Virus genome (UHGV): UHGV-0134778
DNA: 64,000 nucleotides
DNA from: a virus
Strand: one strand, 5' to 3'
Of the stretch, positions 1 to 10,059 are shown one piece after another. Under the pieces are notes generated by a model. It was not told the DNA's origin. It saw only the letters and a list, made by a program, of their open reading frames with translations, and made no database searches. Both the position numbers and the translations under genes were made by a program. Position 1 is the stretch's first letter. Each line of letters begins with the position of its first letter.

Positions 1-256
1 CAAGATTTTAAATAACTCTTCAATAGAGTTATCATCAAGTTCTTGAAACAGGTAAGCCAGGGCTGTAGGAAGGACCTCTGCCATATTCTGACCACCTGAG
101 AGAATAGATCCGCCGACAGCTCCTAGCGGGACAGCTACAATCTTACCGATTTTAGGCATGTTTTTCATTGCTTTCATCGGTCCCCAGTGGGTGATCACAA
201 AGTTGTGCCCTGCTAAATCAATCTCTGTTGTAGGTCTAAAGTTTATAGCCATTTTA
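1..256 (-). CDS. hypothetical tail-module protein (partial; C-terminus lies outside the window)
   Basis: ATG at 256 on minus strand, open frame running off the window edge; sits downstream of the putative tail tube gene. Confidence 0.4.
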
Positions 257-414
257 TAGCATCCTTATTAGTCATGTTGTGCACCATATTTGTGTATTTT
301 ACCATGATTATGGTGCATTGTCAATTTAACCTTTCAAGCAATCCAAAAGAGTTTGTCAAAACCATAAAAGCAAAAAGCCCCACCCGAAGGTGAGGCTTAT
401 ACTAAAGTGTGCCC

Positions 415-888
415 TTAGATAATACCTGCAAGACCTGCGAGGCCAGTGAGAGCACCAGTGATGTTGTCACGGTTGAGCCATGCATCCAGAATACCGATAT
501 CCCAGTCCAGCTGACCTACTTCGGTTCCGTAAGTGAGGTCAGGCTGTTTTTGGATCCAACCGATTGTAGCAATACCAGGACCCTGGCTACCTTCCAGTAG
601 AACCGGGAAGAATACCAGACCAGTAATAGATGCCTGTTTCTGCCAGTCAGAAAGGTAGGCGTTCCATACAGAAGTGTTCTGCAAAGACACAGTCATAACA
701 CCAGATTGGTTACGAGACAGGGCTGCAGACATTTCGCCATCCACACCAACGTGAGGGTAGATGTTGTCTTCGTTTCTTGAAACAACGATCTTGGTGTCAG
801 CAGCGAAGCCAGTGACACGCTGCTGCATCAGGTACAGTTTGACCTTTTTAGGGTCATAAGCATAAGGAGTTAAAATTTGAGTTTCCAT
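415..888 (-). CDS. putative tail tube protein
   Basis: 157-aa ORF immediately downstream of the putative sheath gene; size and position typical of contractile-tail tube proteins; no motif verified. Confidence 0.4.
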   Translation of the reverse strand: METQILTPYAYDPKKVKLYLMQQRVTGFAADTKIVVSRNEDNIYPHVGVDGEMSAALSRNQSGVMTVSLQNTSVWNAYLSDWQKQASITGLVFFPVLLEGSQGPGIATIGWIQKQPDLTYGTEVGQLDWDIGILDAWLNRDNITGALTGLAGLAGII

Positions 889-898
889 CTAGTCTTCC

Positions 899-2275
899 TT
901 ATTCAGTCATTGCAACAGCATTGGTGGATTTAGAACCAACTTTGTCCAGAAGGACGTTGATCCGGATACGAACGAAGTGCAGGGCGTTGTTATACACCAG
1001 TTCTACTTTCACACCTTCCAGAACACGAGCAGCCAACTGATTGGTTGGGATCTCTGCACGTTTAGGAACTGTGATGATCGGGTCGTAGAACACATTGTTG
1101 TCTTCGTCAAAACCTGTCAGGATCGCGCCATTCTTAATGCCAGTATTGATCGGGTTGTTCATCAGAACAGATTTGATAACCGGAAGATCATCATCAGACA
1201 TCTTCATGCTTAAACCCATGTTGGAGCGGCGATGCATGTACCCAAACATGGATTCTTCAGATCTGAACTTGATCCAGTGTGCAAAACGAATAGCGTCTGC
1301 ATACTGACCTGAAGCACACTTACCTTCCCAGAAAGCGCCAACACCGTTAATCATTCTGTAGAAGTTAACGTGGTTTTCCCAAATCGCCATACGCTGAGTT
1401 AAAGTCAGAGATGGTGCAATCACACCCGGCATCTGTTTTAAGTGCAAGCTGTCACCGTAGGACGGATCGTTGGATGCCATAGCACCTATGATACCACCCT
1501 CCGGGAAGTCCTTATCTGCACGAGGATCGTACATGCCAACACTGTCATATTGTGCAGCTTTCAGTTTGGTAGCGATGTTACTATCTTTGCCAGTCACATC
1601 TTCTGCAGTAGAGTAGACATGGAGCTTGTAGTTAGCCTGAGCCCACTTAGCACATGCTTCAATGTCGGTGTGGTCTTCATGGCACAGGAAGTACCAATTG
1701 TCACGCTCAGCATTGATCTTATCAACTACTGTAGAAGGTTTTTCAGTATTGGCGATATTTTTGATTGTATAGTTACCAGTATGATAACCAACAGTACAGT
1801 CACCAGTGATGGTGATAACACCTTCAGAAGCCTCCACAGTGATATCTTCCAAGTTATCATCTGCTTCGATTTTAGTCTTCATTGATTCTGCAATCTGAGT
1901 TGCAGCTGTTCCACCAGAGATAGGAACTATCAAAGAGGTATTGTAGCCACCTTTTGCAATAGTCATTACGACATCGGTATCGGCTGCGGCAGCAATACCC
2001 TTAAAGTCTACAGTGGTTTTTTCTTTGGCCTGTCTGCCGATCATAACATATTGTGGAGGGAATACACCACCAAAAGCTTTTGCTGCAAACTCATACGCTG
2101 CAGAGCCTTGTGCGAAACCATCTTCCACCATCTGATCCAGCTCCGCATATACGCGAGCTCGCTCAGTAAAGTTGTTGTGGATAGCGATGAACAGGGGAGT
2201 TTCGAAACCTACAGTGTCAATAGGTTGGGTTCCGAGGTTAACTGTAACATCTACCACTTTATCTAAATATGGCAT
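899..2275 (-). CDS. putative tail sheath protein
   Basis: 458-aa ORF at the distal end of the head-to-tail gene order, followed by a ~150-aa ORF; assignment by synteny and size only; alternative is another major structural protein. Confidence 0.45.
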   Translation of the reverse strand: MPYLDKVVDVTVNLGTQPIDTVGFETPLFIAIHNNFTERARVYAELDQMVEDGFAQGSAAYEFAAKAFGGVFPPQYVMIGRQAKEKTTVDFKGIAAAADTDVVMTIAKGGYNTSLIVPISGGTAATQIAESMKTKIEADDNLEDITVEASEGVITITGDCTVGYHTGNYTIKNIANTEKPSTVVDKINAERDNWYFLCHEDHTDIEACAKWAQANYKLHVYSTAEDVTGKDSNIATKLKAAQYDSVGMYDPRADKDFPEGGIIGAMASNDPSYGDSLHLKQMPGVIAPSLTLTQRMAIWENHVNFYRMINGVGAFWEGKCASGQYADAIRFAHWIKFRSEESMFGYMHRRSNMGLSMKMSDDDLPVIKSVLMNNPINTGIKNGAILTGFDEDNNVFYDPIITVPKRAEIPTNQLAARVLEGVKVELVYNNALHFVRIRINVLLDKVGSKSTNAVAMTE

Positions 2276-2347
2276 TTGTTTCCTCTTAATATCTGTGCAC
2301 GGATATCAAACACGCAGTGTAATCATTACACTACACAATTATAACGA

Positions 2348-2899
2348 TTACTGACCACTGTCTGTAACCGCTTTACCAGAATTGGGTGAAGGGAAATGTG
2401 TGGTTATTTCAGCCTTAATTCCCTGAAGATCCTCAAAAGCCCCAATGTCTGTCTCAACAAACCTTACGTTAAATGTCAGCATTACGGTAGCTCTATTTTC
2501 ATACGTCTGCTTATTCAACGGCACCCTTTGAGGTGAAATTGTTGAATTGTTAGAGTAGGCAAAGCACGATCCCAGAGGGAAATACTTGTCATAAAACATT
2601 GGAAGGTTTATTGCTTGCAATACTCTGCTAAGTGCAGCATATGCCCTGCCGCGATAAGCTGTTAACAGATAAGTAACAGTATAACTGTGGGTGACGTAAG
2701 CATTACCCTCCGCATCTTGAAACTCATTATCTTCCCAAGTGGTGGGATTGATCGCCAGGGTTTGCAAAAGTACAAACTCACCTTCCGGCTTCGGTATGGT
2801 AGAGCTTTCTGCCAGAACTACAGTTCTTCCTGTGGCAACCATGACAAGCTTAGCGATGGTTGTTTCAAGATCAGAAAAAACTTTTTCGAAAGCTTCCAT
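2348..2899 (-). CDS. hypothetical virion protein (neck or tail completion)
   Basis: 183-aa ORF in the co-directional late array between capsid and sheath genes. Confidence 0.45.
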   Translation of the reverse strand: MEAFEKVFSDLETTIAKLVMVATGRTVVLAESSTIPKPEGEFVLLQTLAINPTTWEDNEFQDAEGNAYVTHSYTVTYLLTAYRGRAYAALSRVLQAINLPMFYDKYFPLGSCFAYSNNSTISPQRVPLNKQTYENRATVMLTFNVRFVETDIGAFEDLQGIKAEITTHFPSPNSGKAVTDSGQ

Positions 2900-3324
2900 C
2901 AGTTTTCTCCTTCAGGCTCTTCTACCACAAAAAATCTATATCTTCCACCACCAGATGTGACATATGCATCGCATTTTAAAACGGTAAACCATTTCAAGTC
3001 ACCACGGATGTCAGGTAGTTGAATTTGATCAGCCATTGCATATGTTCCTTCATCTGGACTATACAACTTGGTTGATGAGTAAACTGTAAAAGCCTCGTAC
3101 TGTCTGTCACCCTCAGGATTTATCTGGGAGGAGTAATCTTTAGCTGCTCTTCCTGTCAACGGCTGCACAACACACTCTAAGACATCAAACTCTTCATACT
3201 CAAGTTCTAACCCCTCGTTAGCAAAAGGACTGCCAACTGTTTTGTTATACACTCTGTGGCGACCTTTGAATGTTTTACGAGGTATTAGCCTGTTCTTTCC
3301 TATCAGCTTATAACCTGCTGCCAC
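2899..3324 (-). CDS. hypothetical virion protein (head-tail joining region)
   Basis: 141-aa ORF, start/stop overlap with neighbour, late array. Confidence 0.45.
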   Translation of the reverse strand: MAAGYKLIGKNRLIPRKTFKGRHRVYNKTVGSPFANEGLELEYEEFDVLECVVQPLTGRAAKDYSSQINPEGDRQYEAFTVYSSTKLYSPDEGTYAMADQIQLPDIRGDLKWFTVLKCDAYVTSGGGRYRFFVVEEPEGEN

Positions 3325-3343
3325 TCAACCACCCCCTTATTTT

Positions 3344-3814
3344 TTACTGTCCAATTTTAAAGGTTGCAGATTCAAGCAGCACATCGTAATGCCGCATAGC
3401 CTCGTTGAAGCCCTTCTCTTGTGCCCACTGCTCACTAACAGTAGGGTTACTAAACTGACCAGCCTCAATAACAAACTGGATAGCTTTGGCCCCTGTGTCC
3501 CCCATCTGCCTAAGAACAGCCTCTGCACTTGATCCTCTAGCCATAGCTCTCAACAATTTTTCTGTCAAGGTCTGTAGTTGCGTGCTGTGAAATGCAAAGG
3601 CCGTCTCCATGAAATTGCGAACAGGCAGCCCGTTCCAACCGAAGTTGTGAATAGCTGCCAATGTTGCCATATTTAAGCCTGACGGGTGAGGTTCATCATA
3701 AAAGCCGTAGGTTATTGTTTTGCTTTCAAGTTTCACAAGGTCTTTATAAAAGCGATCTAAACGCTTTAGGTTGAACCTTGTTTGACATTTAACCTTTAGC
3801 ATTATATTCCTCAC
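3344..3814 (-). CDS. hypothetical virion protein (head completion or neck)
   Basis: 156-aa ORF in late array. Confidence 0.45.
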   Translation of the reverse strand: MRNIMLKVKCQTRFNLKRLDRFYKDLVKLESKTITYGFYDEPHPSGLNMATLAAIHNFGWNGLPVRNFMETAFAFHSTQLQTLTEKLLRAMARGSSAEAVLRQMGDTGAKAIQFVIEAGQFSNPTVSEQWAQEKGFNEAMRHYDVLLESATFKIGQ

Positions 3815-3855
3815 TAATGTATTTTACCACAAAGATACATCAAAAGCAACAATTT

Positions 3856-4476
3856 TTAAAAACTGCGTTTGCGTCTTGGGTGGCGAGGAGGTTGATTATT
3901 TAGACCACTAATAGGTGTAATCCCCTGAACATCGAACGGGCCGTTACTGTTTTCATTAAATTTAACCCGAATTCCTTCGTCTACACGAACACCGCCAATG
4001 ATAATCATTCTGCTATAAGCATCTAGCTCAGAGTCTACATAATCTGGGTGTGCCAGCAGCCAATCAAGAAAATCTTTCCACTGAGCGTAGGAAGATCCAC
4101 CACGAATCTCTATGGTCTCATCACCTATTTTTTCCAGACGAGAAGTTATACTTGCATTACCGCTGGAAACTTCCTGCATCATCAGCCACCGCACAAGCTG
4201 CACAAGCACATTGTACTTAAGCAGGGGTAGCTTATCAGGGTCTGCCGGATAATTTAGTTTCAGCTTCTCCATGTCAAGGAATGTTTTAATTACCTCATCA
4301 GGGAGTGTTTCCTCATCAACATTGCCAAGCAATAACCTCATAATATCGATAAGAGGTTGGTCTGGATCAGGTTCCGGAGGCACAGGATCTTCTTTTGGTG
4401 GTTCTTCTGGGGTATCGACTACACCATCATGGTTAGGCGGTGACGGGATAATCTCTTCATCTTCATACCATGCCAT
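3856..4476 (-). CDS. hypothetical virion protein, Pro/Asp/Glu-rich N-terminus
   Basis: ORF-track ORF trimmed to the internal ATG (MAWYEDEE...) that has a GAGGT RBS 8 nt upstream and lies just past a terminator-like hairpin. Confidence 0.45.
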   Translation of the reverse strand: MAWYEDEEIIPSPPNHDGVVDTPEEPPKEDPVPPEPDPDQPLIDIMRLLLGNVDEETLPDEVIKTFLDMEKLKLNYPADPDKLPLLKYNVLVQLVRWLMMQEVSSGNASITSRLEKIGDETIEIRGGSSYAQWKDFLDWLLAHPDYVDSELDAYSRMIIIGGVRVDEGIRVKFNENSNGPFDVQGITPISGLNNQPPRHPRRKRSF

Positions 4477-4490
4477 TTGAAAATACCTCG

Positions 4491-4528
4491 TAAAAATAAA
4501 GCCCCATTCCTGATTTGGAAGGGGCCTT
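4491..4528 (-). terminator. putative rho-independent terminator or attenuator after the 4536-5390 gene
   Basis: On minus strand: GC stem GCCCC...GGGGC followed by TTTATTTTT, directly after the stop codon. Confidence 0.5.
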
Positions 4529-4535
4529 AACAAAA

Positions 4536-5390
4536 TTATGCCAGTGCAGCCTCAAAATCTTTCATCATATTTTGGAAAGTTTTTGCCTTACTTAAGGTAA
4601 CACCGTGCTCTTTAGCGAAGGTTTGGAGTGCATCTTTCGAACCACTCTTGTCATCTTCGTTGTTAAGAGCTGCGGCTTGCTGCAGTATGGCATCAACATC
4701 GCCGTGAGAAGATCTTGATTCTTGTGCCTGTTCAGGATCCTGCTCAGTACCTTCCGTACCCTCCGGTGCGGTCGGACCTGGTGATTCCTCACTGCCACCA
4801 CCAGGTTCAGTAGGGCCTACAGGTGGCTCCGGCTCTGGTTCAGGTTCTGGGGCTACTGTAGAAGTCAGCCCAAGATTTACAACCTGAGAACGTTTCTTAG
4901 GCCACTCAATGGTGAAAGTCTGGGTATCTTCTGCATAAGCAACATCGCATTGCTCATCGTTTATGGTCACTTTTTTAGGCATCCCTTCAGGGTCCCACAG
5001 ATGGCCCTCTGCCACTGAAACTTTGAAAGCGGCATCTACCTCTTTAAACACTGACGGGGTGAGTGTGATATTGACATCACCGCTTTGCAGTGTTAAAGTG
5101 CTTTCATCAAGGTTCTCTGTGAAGAACAGAAGAATAACACCCATACGGATAGTTGAAATACCAGTATCAATTGGCAGACCTGTGTGTTTTGCAATCTTCT
5201 CGAAGAAGTCTACAATCGTTCTGCATGGATAGTGAACACTGCCAATAACGAACTCTGTTGGTGGCAGCAGGGCTGATAAACCAACATTGATTTCTGGATT
5301 GTATTGTGCTAAAAATTGATAAAAACTTAACTGATTGTTGAAAACTCTTAATAGAGGATCATACTCGACTGGATATACGGCTCTCTTCAC
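4536..5390 (-). CDS. hypothetical capsid-associated protein with PEPEPEPEP linker
   Basis: 284-aa ORF directly downstream of the major capsid gene; low-complexity Pro/Glu linker and acidic region. Confidence 0.5.
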   Translation of the reverse strand: MKRAVYPVEYDPLLRVFNNQLSFYQFLAQYNPEINVGLSALLPPTEFVIGSVHYPCRTIVDFFEKIAKHTGLPIDTGISTIRMGVILLFFTENLDESTLTLQSGDVNITLTPSVFKEVDAAFKVSVAEGHLWDPEGMPKKVTINDEQCDVAYAEDTQTFTIEWPKKRSQVVNLGLTSTVAPEPEPEPEPPVGPTEPGGGSEESPGPTAPEGTEGTEQDPEQAQESRSSHGDVDAILQQAAALNNEDDKSGSKDALQTFAKEHGVTLSKAKTFQNMMKDFEAALA

Positions 5391-5471
5391 GGGACACTCC
5401 TGTTAAACCCTAATAAATAAAAAGGGGAGGGGGAGAACCCCCTCCCCATATGGGATGAATCACCTTAGTGA

Positions 5472-6479
5472 TTAGTCACCTTTCAGAGTTGCTTTAACAA
5501 CCAGCTCTGGGCGGGTGTTAACTGCCAGCATTGAAGTTTCAGATTCAATCTTCTCTTCACGCAGGTATGCAGAGTGTTTATACCACATGTACAGTTCCTG
5601 TGCAGGGGTATTTGCTTCGTTAACATCATCTGCCGGAGCAAAGTGCAGCTGGAACATCTGATCAATACCCATCGGCAGGATGCGAGCCTCTTTCTTAGGA
5701 ATATTGCCAGAGATATCTTCGATAAAGGTGATACCTTTATGTTCAAACACACGGTATACGCTGTCTTGACCGCCAGCACCCAGACGGCGACGCAGAGGTT
5801 CCTGAGCAGAGCCGTAATAGGTGTATGCCAGTTCTACCAGTGGGTGATGGGTAATAGCACTGAAGAACTCCGGTGAGCACAGAGCTACAATACGATAGCC
5901 AGCTGCGTTATCACCAGCTTGCAGTGCGATGTGCAGACGAGCTTCTTCCAGAACCTCCATAGGATCCTGATCTGCTTTTGCAGGGTCGATCTCAACAGAC
6001 TTCTGAGACACACCCCACAGAGTGTAGTAGTCATACTGACAGGTTGTGTCACCCGGTGCATAGGATTTACCCAGAATAGCCTGGAACAGCGCTTTCTCAC
6101 GCAGTGCTTCATGAGAAACACGGATACGGCGAACAACGCGGGTTACTACGTCCTGAACAGTTTTCGGAGCGTCAGGGGTGAAGTAACGACGGAAGTTCTG
6201 AACATCTGCGGCAGTGATGCCTTTGTCCAGAGGGAAGAACGGGATGTTCAGGTTTTTAACCTGGGCACGTTCACTACCAACGTAGTTACGCTCACCACCA
6301 CGACGGCGTGCCGGAATGTCGGTTACAACTTCATCAACACGCTCGATCTGAGCAATTGTTGAGGTGCCGAGACGGGTTTCGAACAGATCCATACCAGTGA
6401 TCAGTCGGAATTGGCGCGGAACAAGGTCCAGAGTAGCACCTAAATCAACAATGCCAAATTCATCTTTACGAGTAATCAT
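5472..6479 (-). CDS. major capsid protein (lambda gpE-like family, tentative)
   Basis: 335-aa ORF downstream of portal, protease, scaffold and decoration genes; R-RGG and A-L-GK-Y segments resemble lambda E as recalled from memory. Confidence 0.6.
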   Translation of the reverse strand: MITRKDEFGIVDLGATLDLVPRQFRLITGMDLFETRLGTSTIAQIERVDEVVTDIPARRRGGERNYVGSERAQVKNLNIPFFPLDKGITAADVQNFRRYFTPDAPKTVQDVVTRVVRRIRVSHEALREKALFQAILGKSYAPGDTTCQYDYYTLWGVSQKSVEIDPAKADQDPMEVLEEARLHIALQAGDNAAGYRIVALCSPEFFSAITHHPLVELAYTYYGSAQEPLRRRLGAGGQDSVYRVFEHKGITFIEDISGNIPKKEARILPMGIDQMFQLHFAPADDVNEANTPAQELYMWYKHSAYLREEKIESETSMLAVNTRPELVVKATLKGD

Positions 6480-6529
6480 TTATTTCTCCAAAGTAAAACT
6501 TAAATATTTCCCGAACAATTTAGGGCTTA

Positions 6530-6916
6530 TTATTCACCAATAGTCTGGACGTGAACTTTGTTACCTAAAGCTTCCAACTTATCCAGAATTCTTTGGTCTG
6601 CTTTAGCTCCGTCTGCACCTAACAGCATATCTTTTGCAAAGGTAACACCGTGGACGGCAACAACCAGGTTATAGGACTGTCCCACTTCTAATGGTTTTGC
6701 AAGATGAACCGTACCAGCATCTTTGACAAGAGCACGGTCAACAAGAACGCCGTACACATCAGAACCGTCTGCGTTAGCGATAGTCCCAGTTTTTGTTACA
6801 ACAGTACCAGCGTGGTGATGCTCTGTCAGTGTTACCTTGATCTCTTTAAAATTGTAGCCCGCATCGCTAGAATCAACTTTGCCGAGCACGATATCAGAAT
6901 ATTGAGCGGTAATCAT
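6530..6916 (-). CDS. putative head decoration protein
   Basis: 128-aa ORF between scaffold and major capsid genes, Gly/Val/Thr-rich; assignment by position. Confidence 0.4.
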   Translation of the reverse strand: MITAQYSDIVLGKVDSSDAGYNFKEIKVTLTEHHHAGTVVTKTGTIANADGSDVYGVLVDRALVKDAGTVHLAKPLEVGQSYNLVVAVHGVTFAKDMLLGADGAKADQRILDKLEALGNKVHVQTIGE

Positions 6917-6936
6917 TTATTTCCCCCGTTAATGTC

Positions 6937-7914
6937 TTATTTGTTAGATTCTGCACGTGCACGAGCAAGTGCTTTTGCAACGTTTTCAGCAAGAATTTCT
7001 TCTGCGGATTTTGCAATATCATCCACAACAGGTTCGCCATCATTACCATGTTCAGTGGTGGCAAACTCTTCTTTGGTTTTATGCACCTCTGCTTCCAGCT
7101 CTTCAATTTTGGCTTGAGCTTTCTCCAGCATAGCTACAATAGGTTCGTTAGCTTTTTCCAGCATGAAGTCAACCAGGGTTGCATGATCTTCTTCACCAAC
7201 AAAGCTTAAAGCTTGAGCTTTAGCCAGCATTTTAGCTTTTTCAACTTCAACCTGGGCCTTGATGATTTCTTCAGCTTTACTCTGGGTTGCTTTCAGCTCT
7301 TCTACTTGCTTCAGCAGATCCAGATACTCTTTAGTTTTGGTTACGTCCACCGGATTCTCCTCGGTATTTGCGGATTTTGCAACATCATCCACCTCGGTAG
7401 TTTTATCCACCTCAGTAGGTTCCTGTACCGCCTTGATCAGGTTCCCTTCTTTATCGAAGAGATCAGCGGTTACTTGTTCAAAAATCTGTTGTGTTTTTAA
7501 CAGACTGTACTGATCTACCACACTAAGCTGCTTGCCTTCTTTTGCAGCTTTATGAATGGTCACGTTATCACAACGCTCTTCCAGCCATGCAATGCAAGAC
7601 TCTGCGTCAGCTTGTGCCCATTCCCAATCAGGATGCTCTTTAGCCCAAGCTTCCTCTTCAATCTCAAAACCAAGCATGTGTGCAAGTGCTTTGGCATCAT
7701 CATACCACATATCGAAGAAACGACGCAGGTATTCTTCAAAACTCAGCTCCACAGTAACTTGGCGAAGTGCCTTAACAATATCGTCTGTTAACTGCTCAGG
7801 CTGAAGATCACTCTTCATCAAAAGAGATACAGGTCTGTTGTTAGCGCTATAGCCTTGCGCCTTATGGCACAGGGCAATCCCCTTCTCTTTAATAGTAATC
7901 GTTTTTTCAGACAT
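6937..7914 (-). CDS. putative scaffolding protein
   Basis: 325 aa, strongly Glu/Lys/Ala-rich with heptad-like coiled-coil character; sits between protease and capsid genes. Confidence 0.5.
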   Translation of the reverse strand: MSEKTITIKEKGIALCHKAQGYSANNRPVSLLMKSDLQPEQLTDDIVKALRQVTVELSFEEYLRRFFDMWYDDAKALAHMLGFEIEEEAWAKEHPDWEWAQADAESCIAWLEERCDNVTIHKAAKEGKQLSVVDQYSLLKTQQIFEQVTADLFDKEGNLIKAVQEPTEVDKTTEVDDVAKSANTEENPVDVTKTKEYLDLLKQVEELKATQSKAEEIIKAQVEVEKAKMLAKAQALSFVGEEDHATLVDFMLEKANEPIVAMLEKAQAKIEELEAEVHKTKEEFATTEHGNDGEPVVDDIAKSAEEILAENVAKALARARAESNK

Positions 7915-8345
7915 TATTCATTGCCCTCTTCTACAACACTGATCCCGAAGTTTACGTTGGTAATTTCACCAGTTTCTTCATCAACATTACCTGTTGCCTG
8001 AATGCTTAGGCCACCAACAATGCCAGCCTTCTTAGCTTCCCATAATTCAGGATTATTGTATTTAACTTTAGCAACCCAAGAGCCAGCCTTGATGACCTGC
8101 TCAGTGCCAATTACTACAACATCAAACTCTTCTTGAATCCACGTCTTTTCAATGGTGAAAGCATCTGTGGAGGTCAAGTGGAAAAGGTTTTCAGAAACTA
8201 GGCCTGCGGCGTATGCTGCGTCCCAATTATCTTTAGCCTTTTTGATGGTGTCTTTACTCATCCACTCACCGTGAGCATCTTTAGTGTCAGGTTCGTAGAT
8301 GATTTCGTAGGAAATCATTTCTTCCTGTGGCATCTTATTCCCCAT
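7914..8345 (-). CDS. putative prohead protease (XkdF-like, S78 family)
   Basis: Segment YEIIYEPDTKDAHGEWMSKDTIKKAKDNW resembles the conserved N-terminal region of XkdF-type phage proteases; lies between portal and scaffold; start trimmed to ATG after the portal stop. Confidence 0.5.
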   Translation of the reverse strand: MGNKMPQEEMISYEIIYEPDTKDAHGEWMSKDTIKKAKDNWDAAYAAGLVSENLFHLTSTDAFTIEKTWIQEEFDVVVIGTEQVIKAGSWVAKVKYNNPELWEAKKAGIVGGLSIQATGNVDEETGEITNVNFGISVVEEGNE

Positions 8346-8400
8346 GTGGATTATTTTATCACGCCAAAGGAGGTTTTGCAACCCCCTGTGTTGATAATTT

Positions 8401-9957
8401 TTAATTTTCCATGTTAGATATGGAATTATCTCTGGTCGATGACATCTTAGAAGTGCCGTTGCCAGTGGATCCTGCAGCCATACCATCACCAGCCCTGCTG
8501 ATGTCCTGGCCCAAGAGCTTCATCAGCTCTTCCTGATCCATGTCTTCGTCAAATCTTTCATCAAACCCGCCTACTTCAAGAATCTTATTAATTACTGCAG
8601 GAGTTTTTGGCAAGTAACCTACAGCACCGATCCTCTGGACAAACTTGGAGAAGCTCTCCATGTCCACTTCTTCAATCAGACCAGGTTTCAGTTTAGGCAT
8701 ATCATCATCTTCAAGGATGATACCATTCAATGCCAGAAGCTGTGGAATAAGATCTTTATTGAAGGCCTCAGTGATAATATCTATATCACGCTGAACAAAA
8801 TGACCATGAATGGACTGTTTTGACTCAGACAGAGAGAAGGATCCGACGTTATCGTTACCGAGGTTAATAAATCCAGCACCGAAACGGTCAAGAATCGCCT
8901 TCTTACGGGCATCAATCAAATCTTTAGTAGAATACTGCTTACCCATACCATCAACCCCCTTCAGGGTCATGGAGTAAAGCTCTTTACCAGACTTATCTCT
9001 ATCAGACGGAAGTATAAAGAAACTTTGCTCCCCACTATGGGCGTTTGCTGCGTCCAACATAAGATCTGCAACCATTCTCCCTTCCATCGAATTCGGGTCA
9101 ATGCTGGCCTTGTTCAAAATATTGGAAGGAATTTTCAGCTCAAGCACACCACCAAGGTCTTTGGAGCAGCCAACAACCTCAAGGTTTTCAATCAAAACTT
9201 TCTCACGGAAAGATCTGTAGCAACCTATCATCGGTGACACACCTGCAGGATTAGATTCTGTTCCTGACAGAGTCATGAGCATAAGCTTTTTAGCAGGAAT
9301 GAAAATTTCAGGCTCATTAAAGCCTTTTGAAGGCATTGCAGCGAGAGGTCCAGCCCAGCGTGCATTCTGAGTGTTTAGAAATGCATTAGGTGACTGATAA
9401 ATACCTGTCAGTGTTCTGCTATTCTTGTCAAAGACAAACGGCTCTGATCTGGACAAACTGGCCTGTGGTCGGAATGCAATTTTATCAATAAGAAGCATCC
9501 CGGCATATTTACCTTCTTTCTCTCTGCGGTATACTTTCTCAAACAGTGAAAAACCATACTCGTTAAAGGTAGCTGCGCTTCTTGCAATATCTCGAAGAGT
9601 TTGTTGGTTTGCCAAATTACGCAAAGAATACTCTATAAGCTCGGCGGCTTTCTTAGAGTCTTCACTTTTAACATTATAAAGGATCTTAAAATCATTGAAT
9701 GCTTTCGTGATGAAAACATATTTTGTATCTAAGGCAGTAGCAACTGTGGAATCACATTTCATAGTCTCCACTGTGGCAATCAGCTGAGGCCAACGCAATT
9801 CCTCAACCATCATAGATTGTGATTCTGCCATAATTTGGGAAAGTGCGCCAGAACCGATCTCACTCATACGAACATTATGAGTTGGTGCGCCTGCGTTCCC
9901 AGATTTATTCACAGTTTTGGCTGTGGCGTTGTGTTTCCTGCGGTTCTTTTTGGACAC
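8401..9957 (-). CDS. portal protein
   Basis: 518-aa ORF immediately downstream of the large terminase and upstream of protease/scaffold/capsid; size and synteny. Confidence 0.65.
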   Translation of the reverse strand: MSKKNRRKHNATAKTVNKSGNAGAPTHNVRMSEIGSGALSQIMAESQSMMVEELRWPQLIATVETMKCDSTVATALDTKYVFITKAFNDFKILYNVKSEDSKKAAELIEYSLRNLANQQTLRDIARSAATFNEYGFSLFEKVYRREKEGKYAGMLLIDKIAFRPQASLSRSEPFVFDKNSRTLTGIYQSPNAFLNTQNARWAGPLAAMPSKGFNEPEIFIPAKKLMLMTLSGTESNPAGVSPMIGCYRSFREKVLIENLEVVGCSKDLGGVLELKIPSNILNKASIDPNSMEGRMVADLMLDAANAHSGEQSFFILPSDRDKSGKELYSMTLKGVDGMGKQYSTKDLIDARKKAILDRFGAGFINLGNDNVGSFSLSESKQSIHGHFVQRDIDIITEAFNKDLIPQLLALNGIILEDDDMPKLKPGLIEEVDMESFSKFVQRIGAVGYLPKTPAVINKILEVGGFDERFDEDMDQEELMKLLGQDISRAGDGMAAGSTGNGTSKMSSTRDNSISNMEN

Positions 9958-10059
9958 AAGCTTTACCCCTCAAAACAGTATAACAAAATAGCCCTCGTGT
10001 CAGAGGGCTAGTATCTCCGATTACTCTATTCTACCACATCTAATTAAGATTGGCAACAC

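Noticed and set aside
977-2354. Plus-strand ORFs (977-1213, 1095-1307, 1442-1885, 2051-2266, 2172-2354) inside the putative tail sheath gene
   Set aside because: Antisense shadow ORFs entirely within a long minus-strand gene; no RBS; composition typical of non-coding frames
7914-8489. ORF-track start of the protease-like ORF at 8489
   Set aside because: The N-terminal extension overlaps the 3' end of the portal gene by ~90 nt; the shorter version starting at 8345 was preferred
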